In this document: piece by piece, positions 13,701 to 27,770 of the stretch | How positions within the stretch are numbered: position 1 is the first letter of the stretch | How the letters are laid out: every line of letters begins with the position of its first letter | Source of the DNA: Balanoglossus misakiensis | Lineage: Eukaryota; Animalia; Hemichordata | DNA length: 64,000 nt | Direction: 5' to 3' | Assembly: GCA_040954595.2 (NCBI GenBank) | Contig: CM082583.2 | Location: forward strand, 8,790,254 to 8,854,253 | The notes under the pieces: model-generated | Database searches by the model: none | What the model saw: only the letters and a program-made list of their open reading frames with translations | What the model was told of the DNA's origin: nothing | Made by a program: the position numbers and the translations under genes

Positions 13701-16700
13701 TGGTGCCACCCACTGAAAATCAGTGATTGGCTAAGTTTGAATTTTCCATGGTAACAGTGGTTAAATTTACATAGGTGACCGCGTGTACCTTTAAGCATCA
13801 TCTTGGAGACTCTGAGTCTGAGTCTTCTCCTGCACAGACATTTAAACACGTGGTAATCCACAGTCTGAATGGTCATAAATCACTCCTGATGAACAGTTTT
13901 AATAAGTTTAATACATAGGAACCCGTGACCTTTATCAAGGAAGGACGTTAAACCCTAGCTGTTGCAGTGCAGTGAATCCCCAGAGGGGATATGTGGTGGC
14001 ATCAATAACGAGTAAGCAGCGAGGACCGATGCACAAACGAGCTGACAATCCAGCTATGCAATTTTTTATAATCTGCCGCGGCAATAATGAAATTAAACGA
14101 CTCGATTCTGATCGCGAGGGTACTAATACTGGAGTGTGCCACAGCATTCGCAAGTGAATGATAAAGCTGGAAGCACCGGTTTTGTTGATGGAGGAGGGAT
14201 TCTTTGATGGCATTAGTGGTTGCTGAGGGCTGCCGGGATGTGAAATGAACCATCCGCACACATTACCCGCATAAGGTCATTAGCGGGATTGGCATGGAAA
14301 TAATCGCATTGCATTGTCTGGAATTCTTTTCTCGGAAAATACAATCAAATGATTCAAAGGAGATTAGCCACATCAGGCGTTATTTGTGAATGATTCTCAT
14401 AATTGCATTCAAGGTGACATTTGTAAGTACAGAATTTAGCCGGGAGACTTACAGTTGCATATATATATCCATTGTCCAGCTTTGTCAAATTTAGTAAATA
14501 TATTTTGGGAACTGAGGGTTTGGGATACTCAGAGGCATAACTCATTTTCATTTTCACATACAGGTACAGGCATGTTTTAAGTCAGTTGGCCATACATCAA
14601 ATCAGTGTCAGTCTCAGAGCAAGGGGGAAATAGCACTTCATTGTGTAGGGGCTTTCCCCAAACTAAACCTTTATTGACTGCGGTCAGATTGCATCACATG
14701 TGACACCTCCACGCCCTGTGCAATGCAGCCATGGCAGTAATAATTGGAAATCTGCAAATTGAAGGCAAAATAGGCAATTGAGTCTCAAAACCAGCAGATG
14801 ATCCATCACATTAACCCACTGCTGGTGATGAATGGAAGACACACTGCCATTGACGCATGTAACACACGCACATCATTTTTTTTTATCTCCAGGAGAGTAG
14901 CAACTTCCTTTGAGGGGAAATATGGGCGTGTGAGGTATTGGCTGAAAGCTGAAATCGACAAGCCCTGGGTGTTTAACAGCAGAACAAAGAAAGCTTTCAC
15001 GGTCATTGATCATATCGACATCAACACTCCGTCGTTGTTGGTAAGCAAGACATACATCATCAGACTCGAGGGTCAAGCAGTGATCATTTGTCACGTTGTT
15101 TTTGAGTGGAGCCAAAAGAAGGCTTCATGAATAAATGTACTGATCAGGCGATGGATGAAGTGGTGGATGGCTTATTCATCTGTTTGTTTCATATTTCATA
15201 ATTTATTGATGTCACTTTATGTAATGAAACATTGAAATGATTAAGCACTTAATAATCAAGTGCGTTCATCCTGTTTTCAAGAAAATTGCAAATTCAGATG
15301 AATGTACATTCAGATGTATGCGCGGCATACATTTTGAATTTCAAATGCTGTTGTTAATAACAAATTCTGGCTGATGTGATTCTCGAATCCAGGATTGTGA
15401 GAATGATTGTGAGTATAATAGTGAGATCAAGAAGTAAACATTTCTAACCATGTAAATGATTGGCCTTATGCTTCAGAGACATGATGATGAGCAGAGAGAA
15501 TCCTCCACGGGGATTTTCATCGCGAACCAAACGCTTTGCATGCTGGCCTCATTGAAATGATGGGAAGAAACATATTTCTCATGAAATCTGTTTTCTGTTT
15601 CAGACCCCTGTTGGAGGAGACAAAGAGAAAACAGTCTGTTGTTGGTTCTGCACGTCGGGTCCAATCAACATGAGTGCGCGAACAGACAGAAAAGGCTACT
15701 GTCCAGGTATAAACCATCGCTCCATCTAATTTTTATTGTTACTCAGAAATTGCTAGCCCCTGGATGACACTGACGGCTTTGTAATGTAAACTGTACCGTA
15801 GTGTACCCTGGATGGATGATTTATTAATCATTTCAAAATACTGACACACACACTCTGGCAGTGGCAAGTGTTGTGTAATTGTCCCTTCCCAGGTAACAGG
15901 GAGTTATGTGTTCACCCCCAATAAATCACAGGTACATGTACTTTGTCAACCAGGAAGTTTGACTGAAAACGACAACTTACCTGACTACTCATAGAGTGCA
16001 AATAAAAATATAAAATTCACAAAATGGAAATTTATCTCCGGAAAAGTGGCCACCGTTTGAAAATCAGATCACATTTAGCTACCCCCCCCCCCCCCCCCCC
16101 ACACACACACATAACTTGATTACACCTTTCGCAAAATGTATCTTGGCAGGCGAGTCTATTGCAATATTTGCCGAATTCGAAAACTACTCCCAAAGACGGA
16201 TAACGCCGAAGGCATCGCTGTATCAACGGACAGTGTTCTACGCCGGAGGGAAGTCGCGCTCTGTGCGCAACAGCGTCGCCAATGCCCAGGGGGAGCCAAT
16301 ACCAGCTGGTAGAATAGCCAGGTGGGACAGTAAGATGTTGAAAATACCCGCTGTCACCCCGTCTTTAGTCAACTGTGGCATTATCAAAGTGGAGTACATT
16401 CTAACGGTGAGTTCTTTCACTTGCAGGTTTCGCAGGTTGTGAATTTTTGGTTCCAGTGCCTTGTTTGTCGTTTTACGTTTATCAATACAGAATATTGTCA
16501 TGATGTGTTTGTCTGTTCCAACCCATTCATATGGCATTATAAGATCTGTAGCATAATTTAAGAATATTTCAGCAGACATTACATCATAAATAAGCTGAAA
16601 CAACCAAAATACCAACCAAAAAAAGACAGTTTTGTCCCTGAAACAGTGACACGTACACATACATTTGCATGATGCCGTATCTTCATAAAGATTACCGGTA

Positions 16701-17086
16701 CTTGGATCAAAGTCAGGAAATTGTCTCACGGTTCTCTGATTTCCGTCTCCTTTCAGATTTATTTAGATATATCTGGTGCTATGAATCTGTATCTGCATCT
16801 ACCCATAGTGGTGGGTACAGTGCCTCTGCGAGCGCCACCATACAGTCAGTGTGATCCTTTGGCCGCGCTTGGCGATGTCTTTCTTCACCTCCCTGGGCGT
16901 AGCAGGGTGGCACCCCCTCTGCCGGTCACATCAGTCCCCCCTCCTCTCAATGAAGGTAGGTTTTTGCATTTGATCTTTTTTTTTTTGCCTCCTAATGAAA
17001 ATAACTATTGCCTGTGACAGGTGTCAATCTGATCTGTAATTCAAACATACCACAATCGTCGTCATCATCATCATCATCAACATCAG

Positions 17087-17127
<41 letters not shown>

Positions 17128-17706
17128 CTCTTTATATTATTTTTGTTTTAAGTTTGTAAACACTTTACATATCTCGTCTGCTGACTGCTCACATGTTGTT
17201 CCATTCTGTTTTGTAAACAGCACCACCTAGTTACGCGGAATGTGTTTTTGGCGCCACAGACATACGAGATAGTGATGACAATCAGTACACAGTAGGAGAT
17301 ACGATGTTTACGCCCATGTATACTTACGTACACGATTACCGGTTCATCCCAGCAGCACCCCCGCCAGAATATTCAAGGGTAAGTTTACGAGGGAATCAAA
17401 CGTTGTTTGTAGCAGTGTTAATTATTCAAACGAGATTTTGATGCTGTCCATGAATCACTGGGAAAAATTGTATGCTTTCTGTCATGTGATTTCAGTAACC
17501 AAAACAGCATTGTCTGTTTTGACGAATGAGACGTTTCCACAGAACAGTGGCATTCCATGGTTCTAGCTGGTGATTTTAAATAATCTCAGATCAGTCTTTT
17601 TGGTAAGCTTCGCTCATTTTGCATGACATTGTTGACTCCTCAGGACGACCCAAACCAGATCTCCATTCAGACACAAACAGAAGACCGCCGAGAACAGGTT
17701 TCGTGA
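4757..17706 (+). CDS. ARRDC3: Alpha-arrestin / arrestin domain-containing protein (co-ortholog of ARRDC2/3/4/TXNIP), 9 exons, ~421 aa
   Basis: join(4757..4909,12553..12658,13569..13647,14893..15040,15604..15706,16150..16406,16757..16955,17221..17378,17644..17706); all GT-AG and phase-consistent; 1266 nt. Motifs: VYSSGEHVSG, AKVHWTE, GRHELPFRFQIP, ATSFEGKYGRVRYWLKAEIDKPW, KEKTVCCWFCTSGPI, RKGYCPGESI, LPIVVGTVPL, and C-terminal PPSY and PPEY (PPxY, NEDD4-family WW-binding). Confidence 0.95.
10698..11735. promoter_or_regulatory. Intronic cluster of nuclear-receptor response elements (IR1, DR2, DR5, DR4) with an RFX X-box
   Basis: AGGTCAgTGACCC 10698-10710; TGACCTtcTGACCT 10917-10930; TGACCTcagcaTGACCT 11439-11455; TGACCTcatgTGAACT 11720-11735; GTTGCCATGGCAAT 10719-10732. 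Confidence 0.55.
17062..17125 (+). repeat. (CAT)n microsatellite in ARRDC intron 7
   Basis: Near-perfect catcatcat run. Confidence 0.9.
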
Positions 17707-20700
17707 GAATAGCTGTACAATTGGTGTGGTGTGTGTTGCCGTATTGGGGGACCAGATTTGCTGTACAAGTATAACCATCGTCCACTGACAACAGCGCGTG
17801 AGTCGTAGTTCGCAACGTTGTGCTGTGATACCAATCACAGTGTACGCGCAGCGAGTGCCAATGCTATTTAGACAAGAAAGCTAAAACAGCCCCCTCTCTC
17901 AGGAGAAGTGGACTCATTTATTTCCAAGGAAATGCTTGCCTAACAGATTGTGCGTATCTAGCCCTATTACATGTAATGTAATAGCCAGTGTGTTACGTGT
18001 TTAATCCGCTAACACTTTGCGTAAATTTGCTCATCAACACCTTCGAATATCAGCTGATGACAAACTTTCAGATGAAACTTTTGATATTTGTGTAAGATAG
18101 ATTCCACTCATACCTTTTTAAAAATGAATTTGAAAAAAAAAACTAATTTAAGAAAAGAATTTTTTCATATTTCTGTTGAAGTTGCTAACTTATTTTTTAT
18201 TTACATATACATTTAATGTATAGCTATCAAGAAAGAAACATGTACTTCTTTATTATTATAAAGTTATTTATTATCAATGTATTCTAACAGAACAAAAGTT
18301 ATATCTTGGGTGCAATGTGTCACTCCAGTGTCAGCCAGTACACTTACCACCAGAATGAAAGAAATGAGGTCAAGAAGGTAAATGACGTTGTTCATGCATT
18401 GGGAATTTTAAGATCTGTATTTAGTAAAAGTTACATTTCTTTACTCAAGTTTGACAAATCTGTGGTTTGTTTGAAAAGGGTGTGTCATTTCTTTCCTGTT
18501 GGCAGACTTAAAACAGGAATAGGCTGAGAATGCCCCAGACACAAGAAGTGGTTGCTTGTTATCAGAGCTGTGGAATCCCAATGACTGATTTGGATTACTT
18601 AGGGACTTGACCACACTGTAGCAATCAGCTGGTTCATAATAACTTGACTGTATTTCTATTTTGACAGAACACATATTTTATTTTTCACAACTGAAAAAAA
18701 GGGATTTACAAACATTGTATATACCACATCAGGTCCAAACATGGTAATGTATATACGCAGCAACAGTTAACATTTTTCTATATGTATACTTTATTCACAC
18801 CTTTCGCTTTAAGACTTTTTTCATATATTTTACAAGCATGGATAGTTGTGTATGTTTTGTTTGTTTTTTGAGCAGAAATCAACAAAAGTAGACATGTAAG
18901 TTTTATGAGTATTCAAAACCAAAGGTAACCCTTTGTGGTATTGGTAGTATGTTGCCAGTACAACACACTTGCCCACTGATATGCGTTCCATGTTTTCAGA
19001 TTCTCTCAGTGAGAAAGAAATTTGAAAACTTTTATCAGTCAGTTCCTACACTTGATGTGAAACATATGGCAGTCGATGCATGTTTTTTTTCAAAGCAAAA
19101 TCAATTTCTCAGAGTATGAATACTTAAATTTTGATAATAATGTTTCTGTCCACAGACCAAAACACATTTACAAAAAATGTGGATGTTATTTCCACATCGC
19201 CGATCCTTCCTTTCTACAGTCCTACGCTTTAAAATGTACATACACTGTTTTCACAAAATAGCTCAAATGAAAAAAGAAAAAAAAAACATCTAAACTGTGT
19301 AGATGGTGCCTACACACAAAAAAATGACAATAATGTATACTGCAATATGTGCATGTTTGTTTGCCTTGCATTTTTAATAAAGAAAAACTACTGTTCTGTG
19401 TTTTTGATGTATGATCACACAAGTGTTGACACGATACTTAAGGAAAGGAATGAGACTTGACAGGGTATAGAATCACAATGCCAGATACATTTGGTTCATT
19501 ACGTGTACTGTCTTTTGATGTCATGTACCGTGAAATTATTGTGATTTAAAAAAAAATCTGCTAGGAATAAACGGAGCGATTTCTACATCTTAGAAGAGTA
19601 GTTCTACGGTTGGTACTGGGTAAAAAGTACTGTCTCACTCTACTAATGCAGAGTTGTGTATCACTGCCAAGTTCAGTGCTTATGTTCACACAAGCCTGGG
19701 TGTGGACAAACTTAAACATATCTGGCGTTTTTTGTCCAACATTGATGTTTTATTTTGGTTTTTAATGTTAAATTACTGCAGACTTCCCAAATTTTTACTA
19801 AGAACATGTTAATGCAGAAGTCTGTTGTTAATGTGTGTAAGCATGTGACACTGTATGTGAAACTCTGTGCCGTATTGAATTCAGTGCATGCAGTCTGGAT
19901 GTTTGTTATGCAGATACTGGTCATTTTTTTTATATGGCTGAAGCAAAGTTATTGGACTCTCTGTAATACAGGAAGAGGGGTTTTCTTTAATATATTCCCT
20001 AGGAATGGCACTTTTGATGAAAACTGTATCCAGAAATTATTAACCCTTGTAATTCCCAGTACTGTGAATGTGGTCATGTGTTTATAATGATGGTACCACC
20101 ACCCCCCCCCCCCCTCCTGTCAATGTTATGTATTTCTTGCCTATCCTCTGTGCAATAGACTTCAACTGCTGACTCCAGAAAATTTGAGTCTCTTTTTCTT
20201 TCAATAATGTGATTCATGGAGTTATGTAAAAGCACATTATCTTCCAGTGATTGCAAAAATATTTTTTTTCTTAAATGTTACCAAACTCCGGTGATTGGGG
20301 ATTTTAAGTGTTTGTCTGTTTCATCTACAGAAATGACAGGTTTGGTTTGTCATTGTTCAAGTGTCCTTGATACATTGATGTTCATTGCTTTTGTATGTGT
20401 TTGTAATTGTAATAATTCTAACATGCTCAACTGACTGTATACCAGTGATTTTTTTAATTATTTCTTTGTTTAAATAAAAAATACATGTATATGATATTTA
20501 TTAACAGATACCATTTTATATTCTCAGAAATATTACTTTTCTTACAGAGCATTGTACTTGTAGTGTGCTACGGTGTAAATGTACCAGTGTACATTATATG
20601 TGCATACATATACTTGAGTTACCTTGATGATAAGTTATTTAACTCTTTGGACCTGTCTGGGAAGAAAACCTTGCAAATGATGTCATAGGTCACCGAGGGG

Positions 20701-20754
20701 TCAGGGTGCAAGCAAAAAGGCATTTAAAGTTGACGAAGTAGAGTGCTGTACTTG

Positions 20755-20768
20755 CCACCAGAGGGCGC
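20755..20768 (+). promoter_or_regulatory. CTCF-like motif
   Basis: CCACCAGAGGGCGC matches the CTCF core consensus CCASYAGRKGGCRS. Confidence 0.45.
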
Positions 20769-21178
20769 CCATGCCACGAGTTATTGACAAGGCTGAATCA
20801 AATACCTTTTGTTGGCATAGCAGCAGTTTAATTTCTAGTTTGTCTATGTCTTCGGCCTGAAACAAAGTAAAGTGTTGAGTGATTTGGAAAGAGTGTTCAG
20901 TGTGATGACATGATGCGGAAGAATGCACAAGCAACTTGCAGTGAAGTTTTGTTTGCCATTTTCATTGCATGTGCGTGCAAAACTGTATCGCATACTGTGT
21001 TATTATGTTAAGTATAAAGCTGTCATTTTTGTAAGAGACTTTGTAACCGGTGGAGATTTAGACATTCATATATTTCACATATATCTGAAGTGAAGTAGAG
21101 GGAATGTGCCATATGCTTTATTGTGCCTCCCTCGTGTGAGAGAGGCAATCAAAAATGTTATTTTGTTTTGTTTTTCAA

Positions 21179-21184
21179 AATAAA
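21179..21184 (+). terminator. Candidate distal ARRDC polyA signal (implies ~3.5 kb 3'UTR)
   Basis: AATAAA followed by GT-rich sequence; U-rich, CpG-poor sequence runs from the stop codon to here. A proximal AATAAA lies at 20473. Confidence 0.45.
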
Positions 21185-24100
21185 GTACATATTGTTATAA
21201 GCTGGTGTGTGACTGGCATAATTATTTTGTCCCTTAACGTTTGATAATGGGAAGGGACATTATCTCTGCTGCTGCCGCAGAGATCAAATCGATATCCAGG
21301 CTGTGCAAACACCACTTGACCCAGACACTTCAAATTTTTACCTGAGGTCTCTTCGGGACCAAATTGTTGTCATGGTTTCGGTTTAAAAGGCCATTTTTGT
21401 TAAATGCCCCCAAATTATGTCAGTGCATCAACAAACTGGTTCATAAAGCATGGTACAACAAAGTTAATATATATATATATGTGTGTATATTGGTCATTTT
21501 CTACAATCTGAAGGCAGTTCGCCACCAGCGGTAAAACATGGGTCGGTGTGAAGCGACGAGAAAGATTTGCCACGTCTTACCGCCAGCGGCGCGCTAGCCA
21601 TTAAGCGAAGCGAACGCGGTCTGACTGTGGTTAAATAACATAATGTCAAGTTACCAGTCACTGGTTTCGAATTTTCCTTAAACCGGGTGAGAGGAAGATA
21701 TTTTCTGGCTCATTCTTTTAATATTGCAACGAATTGAAAGGCTTGTAGGACGATCAGTTTCCTGAAAATCTGTCGCTGAGCTGGCACGTACTGTATATTA
21801 ATGTTGCCAGACTACTCAGCCCATATTTTAACCAGACATCAGCAAAACATTTTTTGGGGGGAGGGGTCAATAAAATGCAGAATAAATTGTAAGCTTCGCT
21901 GATGAGTCTGTTTAACGTGTTTAAAAAGGGGGACTGCTGTATGGATGAATGCATAATCATAGTCATTTCGCTCCCATGGACTGTCATCACAGACGTTGCA
22001 TGCATAATGCACTCTCCGTGTATAAACCACCATAGCCACAAATTGGTCCATCTATCGGTTTTTTGACAGTACATAAACCGGTAATTTGTGCGCATGTGTC
22101 TCTTCCCATAGGATTGCATCGAGATTGCTTGTCCTTGAGAGAAAGAGAGAGACCTGGGCTTTGGTTTGTCACGCTCGGATCACTGAAGAACGTGTGGGTC
22201 ACGACTAACTCTCAGTAACGTCTCATCCAGGGAGTGATGTCACTTAAAAGGGTCGTGTTGTTCGATCGGCTGCAGCGGGTTGAAGATTTCCTGCGTTGAG
22301 AGTGGGAACCAACTTAGTGATCGGATAACTTGAAGTCGACGATTGTCGTTATCAACAATTTGCAGCAAGCTTGGCCACATTCTGGGATTTAACATTGTAA
22401 GATTTAAAAAACCCTCATGTTTCGATAATTGTACCGAAAGGATTCGTGATTATAAAATTTACTTTCTTTCTTTCTTTTCATAAAGACACCTCGCACACTT
22501 TAATGTGAAAGAGAATTGAAAGGTTTAGAGAACTGATGTTGTTTTTTGAAAATATGTCCCCAAGGCGTGTACTACCTTAAGAACCCGCCTGGCATAAGTT
22601 AAAACTGGCCTCCCCAAAATGAACTAGCAATATATCTATGTATAATAAGTGCACACAAAAAATCAAATATCCAAAGTAACACGAACTGGCACAATTCATT
22701 TGCCGCTGTTTCAATTGCTTCAAGAAAAGCGCGGGGACACATGATCTTTCATACACGTGGCAGATGATCACTGATCACAAAGCTCTCACCTATCCATGAC
22801 CGTAGTATTACTCGGGCATTTTCATTTCACGCAGAATACAAGAGGCCCGGCGCAGTTTCCGTAATTCGTCACGATGAACACAATGCTTCGTGGCGGATTC
22901 CGCCGAGTCTAGCACCATCGCGACTTCACTCGACTGCGTGAAAAACTTCCGGTGTAAATCATGATGCTATCGTCGCAGACATCACCGAAGTCAATAGACA
23001 GGAAGCACGACTTTTTCAAATCAAAGATCAAAGTTGATGACGAGTGACGTCTTTTATGATGTTTCGCATCGTGAGCTTCTTGGTCAGAAGTACGGTGGGA
23101 AATTAATACGCACAAACAAAAGAAAATCATTTGTGACAATACTACATCGCACAGCTTTCCGTGTATGCTGTAATGCATAGTGACATATATCTTTAATCAG
23201 AAATTTAGACTTGGTCGCTCAGAAACCCTCGGTATACATATTACACTCTGCACTCCGAACAAGGTGCAGTAATCGATGGTCACTTGTCAAGACATTGTTT
23301 TTTCAGTCTTATACAGTGAAAGCAATCCATTTTAATTGGGCATTCAGTGGAAAGGTTATGACTTGTTTTTGTGTGTGTGTTAACTTCTTGCATTATTTGT
23401 CACTGCAAGTGAATGAACAGAACGAATTGTTGACTGAGAAATAAAAGCCGGCTGCTGATTGGTTCAAGCCACCTGGACCACACGGACTTAGAAATTTCTT
23501 CGTGATCATCCGGGCATTTTTGTAGAAGACTGCCATGCTGCTGCAACGTGTAGCCTGTGTTTTGATGCGGGGCGCAGAAAACTCAGCTCAACAAGAGAGT
23601 TTCTGCGCGGTTTTTCTTCCTGTAAAGGCGGTGGTAAGTAAAATAACCTGTGGACACAATTACTGAATTATTGACCAGACACGTGGGTTATATAATGGCG
23701 AGTAAGGGACAACTAAGTCGTTTGTATTGCATGTCATCTCCGACGCTCGTCTGACGAGCACTGAAAAGGGACATGCGCAGCGTCACAGTACGTCATGCGT
23801 GGGCAATTCTGAAGTTAAACTTTACAGATGAATTTACGTACGAGGAGATAGACATTCCATTGAACACACTTTGCATTTATTCCAGAGGTCCCATAGATGC
23901 ATGATTATCAGATGTTTTTCAGGCACTATGATATATGCCTGTAAAATATGGGAAATTGGTACGGAGGTGATCATGATTTGTTTTCATGTTCATGGATATT
24001 CATAGCCATTCACTTATACGTGCATTTGCTTGAATGTTTTGCAGATCCAAAGACCAGATGAACTGTACGGTATTTGTTAGCCAAGACTAGGTCTAAGTGA

Positions 24101-24267
24101 CCAGCTGCCCGTCCCAACTAAACTGCGTGAGGCTGGTCCTTATCCGTTCCACGTGGATGCTATGATGTTACAAGCATGAGGCACAAGTAAGCGATATCGA
24201 CATTATAAAGCCCCGGTATCAACCAAATCTATTTTATATGTGGCCACTTTGGTTGATTTATCCCGAT

Positions 24268-24420
24268 TCTGACTGGTGCCGGTTGCCAGTTCAGCGAAAT
24301 GGTTATGGACATAGAATCTGACTGGTGCCGGTTGCCAGTTCAGCGAAATGGTTATGGACATAGAATCTGACTGGTCCCGGTTGGACATAGAATCTGACTG
24401 GTCCCGGTTGCCAGTTCAGC
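24268..24420. repeat. 49-bp minisatellite (2 full units plus 2 truncated)
   Basis: GACTGGT(G/C)CCGGTTG recurs at 24271, 24320, 24369 and 24396; unit is gactggtgccggttgccagttcagcgaaatggttatggacatagaatct. Confidence 0.9.
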
Positions 24421-25474
24421 TTTAAATTGTTGCGTGTGTGTATACGTATGTGTCACGGTAAGTTGTATATTTGGGCCATGCAACTGTAGTCTACAATGAG
24501 GTGAGCGTTTGTATGTTCCATGGCTGAATGAAGACCAGTGGATGAAGTGAGGTTTCATAACAAGTAAGTGATATAGAATAAATAGAATCCCCGGGGCGGG
24601 TGGGTCCCATCCCTCAGACCGTAGGTTTAATATAATTAATACAAGATTTGAGATTTTGAGATTTGTAATCTTTCATCAACTGGTCTAACGTGAGAGTGGG
24701 TTATTTCGTACCTATATTAGCTTTGCGCGTGCGTAGGTCATAAGTTTGAGATTATAATCTTTTGCTTTCCTCAACTTGGATAAAATTTATTAAAATATAC
24801 TGGTGTAAGTTGGGAGTGGTTTATTTGTACCTGTCAACTTCGCGTGTGAGTCTGTTTTTAAGTACGTATTTATGAATATCATCTTGGTGATTTTTATTTC
24901 CGTATGTAACTCTACAGATCATATTGTGTATATTCTCTTTAGTGTGTGGTTTCAAAACCTTAAAAAAACTCTATTTTCTCATCAAATAAGTGATCGGACA
25001 ATGTGATTATAAAGTAGCGGTTTCGATCTTTATTCGGGATAATATAACGTATAAAATTACAGGTTCCATGTAAACTAAAAGTGTTCTTCTTATGCCAGTC
25101 TAGTAATCGTACATCATCTCGCTTTTATTTCGGTTTGGTGCTTTTTTTCTAAATTTAGAGACGGAGTCTAGGTTTGAAGAATATTGGGTGATAACGTTGG
25201 TGTTGCACAGAACGTTAAGGCTCGTTCAGTTGGATAAAAATTACATTTTTGTGTGCAAGAAAGCTTACATCGCCTGAAAGGTGAAACGTTGACCCCCAAC
25301 GCCGAAATATTAGATTTCCCCTTGTGAAAAAGCTGAACTTAATATTAAACAGAAAATTGACCGATTCATTTATGATGAACGAAACTAATTAAGACAAAGG
25401 CAGGTTTATTCCTAAACGTTCGTGGTTTAATTGAAACTAGGTATCCCCTCTGTTTTTTTGTGTCCGCATAAATA

Positions 25475-27656
25475 TTAGTAAATTCTACCACACTCGCAAG
25501 CGACCGTGATGGGGACACTGATTTCCTCCCATAGGTCATCTTCCATCTGAATCGCTTTGACTGTAATCCGGACCGGTTTGCAAGCGAAGTGGCCGTAGTA
25601 GCAGTCGCTCTGCTCGCATTTGGTGACTTGAATGTAACGGGGCAGTGTGCTTCGGCCCAGGTACTGCCACTCGCTGCGACTGTCGCACTTCCACGGCAGG
25701 GGTTCTTCGGGCGATGGCACTCGGATGTCGGGGCGCTTCTGCAGTTCGGCGGCGGTGGCGGGGTGTCGGCCGTCGAGGCGGGGTGCCACCAGATGCGACG
25801 ACGACTTGTTCGAAGCAGTCTGGCTGTCGGCAAAACCCGCAGTCTGCTCGCGTTGCGGCGACTCCGGTGCGTCGCTCTCCCCGAAGGCCACAAGCACCGG
25901 GTACAAAGACGCCAAGCGGAATTTGATCGACTTTTCCGCCGCTGCACTAAATGCGCCCTTTCTCGGCTGGTCAGATCGCACCGCGGTCAAAATTTCCATT
26001 AATTTCCTCAGTCCAGCGCTTCTGGTGGCGCTGGATACATTGTCCACTGTGACTCCACGCGGGTCCAGCAACTTTTCTGGATCCATGTCGTCTGCGCGAG
26101 TTGATGAAATCTTACCCAAGACCATGAGTAGAATGAAAGTCTGAAGGACAAATAGATAAATAAAAATGAGAAATTTTGGGTTTTGTTCTCGGAACAAAGG
26201 TGTTTCGTATTCACCAATGATACGCAATAAGCTTTATACAAAGTGCATGCCCTTTCAAATAAGTGGTTATTAACCCTGGAGTGAGGTTATAAGTGTTGTC
26301 TGTCTGCTGAAATAATATCTATTGGATGCGCGAGGATTTAGTGTGTTTTCTGACTTGATTGTCAGTAAATCACTCCCCATTATTATTATATAGCAAGCTA
26401 AGAGGGCAATTTCTTCTCATCAATTTAGGCTGAACAAATTGCACGGTTTCGGCCTTCTGACTGAGGAACGCCGGCGCAACTGTTGATTTAAACCCATTGT
26501 CGCAACTGTCGTCACCCGAAATCCCCCGTTGCTCGACAATCATCCGCAAATAACCATTAAAGTCAAACTGCATTCTATACACGCAGTGCCGGAGTAAGGT
26601 GTCTAGTATTCGTAATTCCACATGTACAAACATTTTCTCGTTTTTTTTCGCCCATGATCAGAGCACGTAAGAGACCGCCGTTGTACGCTCGTGGCCCAAG
26701 TTAGTGCAACCATGTTGACGAAAGTGTAATAACGTAAAGAGGAGCTAGATGTATCTTAAGACTATCTTTGAATGTTTTCAGTCACAAAGTATCGTATCTG
26801 TTGTCAAAGCAAATGCAGGTTGTAATACAAATTCGGCGCATTTTGGTCTAAAATTATAACTAATTCCGATTCTTATTCTTTCGATTATTTTGAATGATGG
26901 AATACCGAATAGTGAACTTGTTGAAGTGTTAATGATTTAGAACAAGCGTTTTTTAAAGAAACTTAATTGACTTTAATCTAGGTTCAAATGAACTGGCTGT
27001 TTAGTCTAAAAAATATTCGCCATGCTCTGTCAAGATGTTTAAAACTGAAACTTCGCCCATCTTGTGAGTGGCACAATTGTTAGGTCAGTACCGTGGGAGC
27101 GCAAAAGAAGTTATTCAATGCAATAATCAATTGCGTTCTGTGCGTGAAGCGACAAATTTACCCTACTTTGGGGTGGACAAAAGCATATCCCGTAAACATG
27201 AAGGATGGTTTCGGATAAATTTCTATGGAGCTCGGCTGCTCGTCTTTCAGCCAGAGTGATGAAATTGCTCGAAATTACACTTCCCAGCCAACTGTGCGCA
27301 CCAACCCCGCCAAAACAGACGCAGCAACAAACGGTTTGGCATTTACATGCCTGTGACTTAAAGAGACGTCGATTTTGCTACCACAAATATACTTAGCCAA
27401 ACAATTTGTCCTCGCGTGATCACGTCTCTGGCGCTTGAAGTACCGCACCAGAGAAGAGGCGGCCGCGTGAAGACGAAAACCCGTCGTCAGTTTGACGAAT
27501 GAACTCATATCGGGAGAGTTAAGACCAAACATACGCGTGTCGACAAAATTGTTGAAGTTAGTGCTATTTCCAAAGAGAAAGGGACAAAACGTAACCAGAA
27601 CAGATAGTTGTTGAACTTACCAGAACAAGTTGATGCAATACCTCCAACAGGTTCAT
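25475..27656 (-). CDS. Trunk/PTTH-like secreted cystine-knot protein, paralog A, 2 exons, ~233 aa
   Basis: complement(join(25475..26140,27621..27656)). Exon 1 MNLLEVLHQLVL ends at a GTAAGT donor and joins in phase 0 to TFILLMVLGKISSTRA, completing a signal peptide. The C-terminal domain PWKCDSRSEWQYLGRSTLPRYIQVTKCEQSDCYYGHFACKP..W..VACEC follows the Trunk pattern PW-C-x4-W-x-DLG-x3-PRY..C..C(W/Y)YGH(F/Y)xCKP..CxC. Confidence 0.85.
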
Positions 27657-27770
27657 GCTCCGTAAGTTCGAAGATACAGTCTTAGGCTAATTCGATGCGG
27701 TGAATAAAAAAACAATTAACCGGTTGGAGGCCGAAGAGATGAAGGATCTACTACGGAGGCTTCAGATCAG

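Noticed and set aside
24268-24420. CRISPR-like array
   Set aside because: The units are identical tandem copies with no unique spacers, the context is eukaryotic and there are no cas genes.
25366-26144. Overlapping ORFs of 193, 137 and 165 aa in other frames or on the other strand
   Set aside because: Shadow ORFs of the GC-rich Trunk-like A exon. The same applies to the ORFs at 46107-46590 over Trunk-like B.
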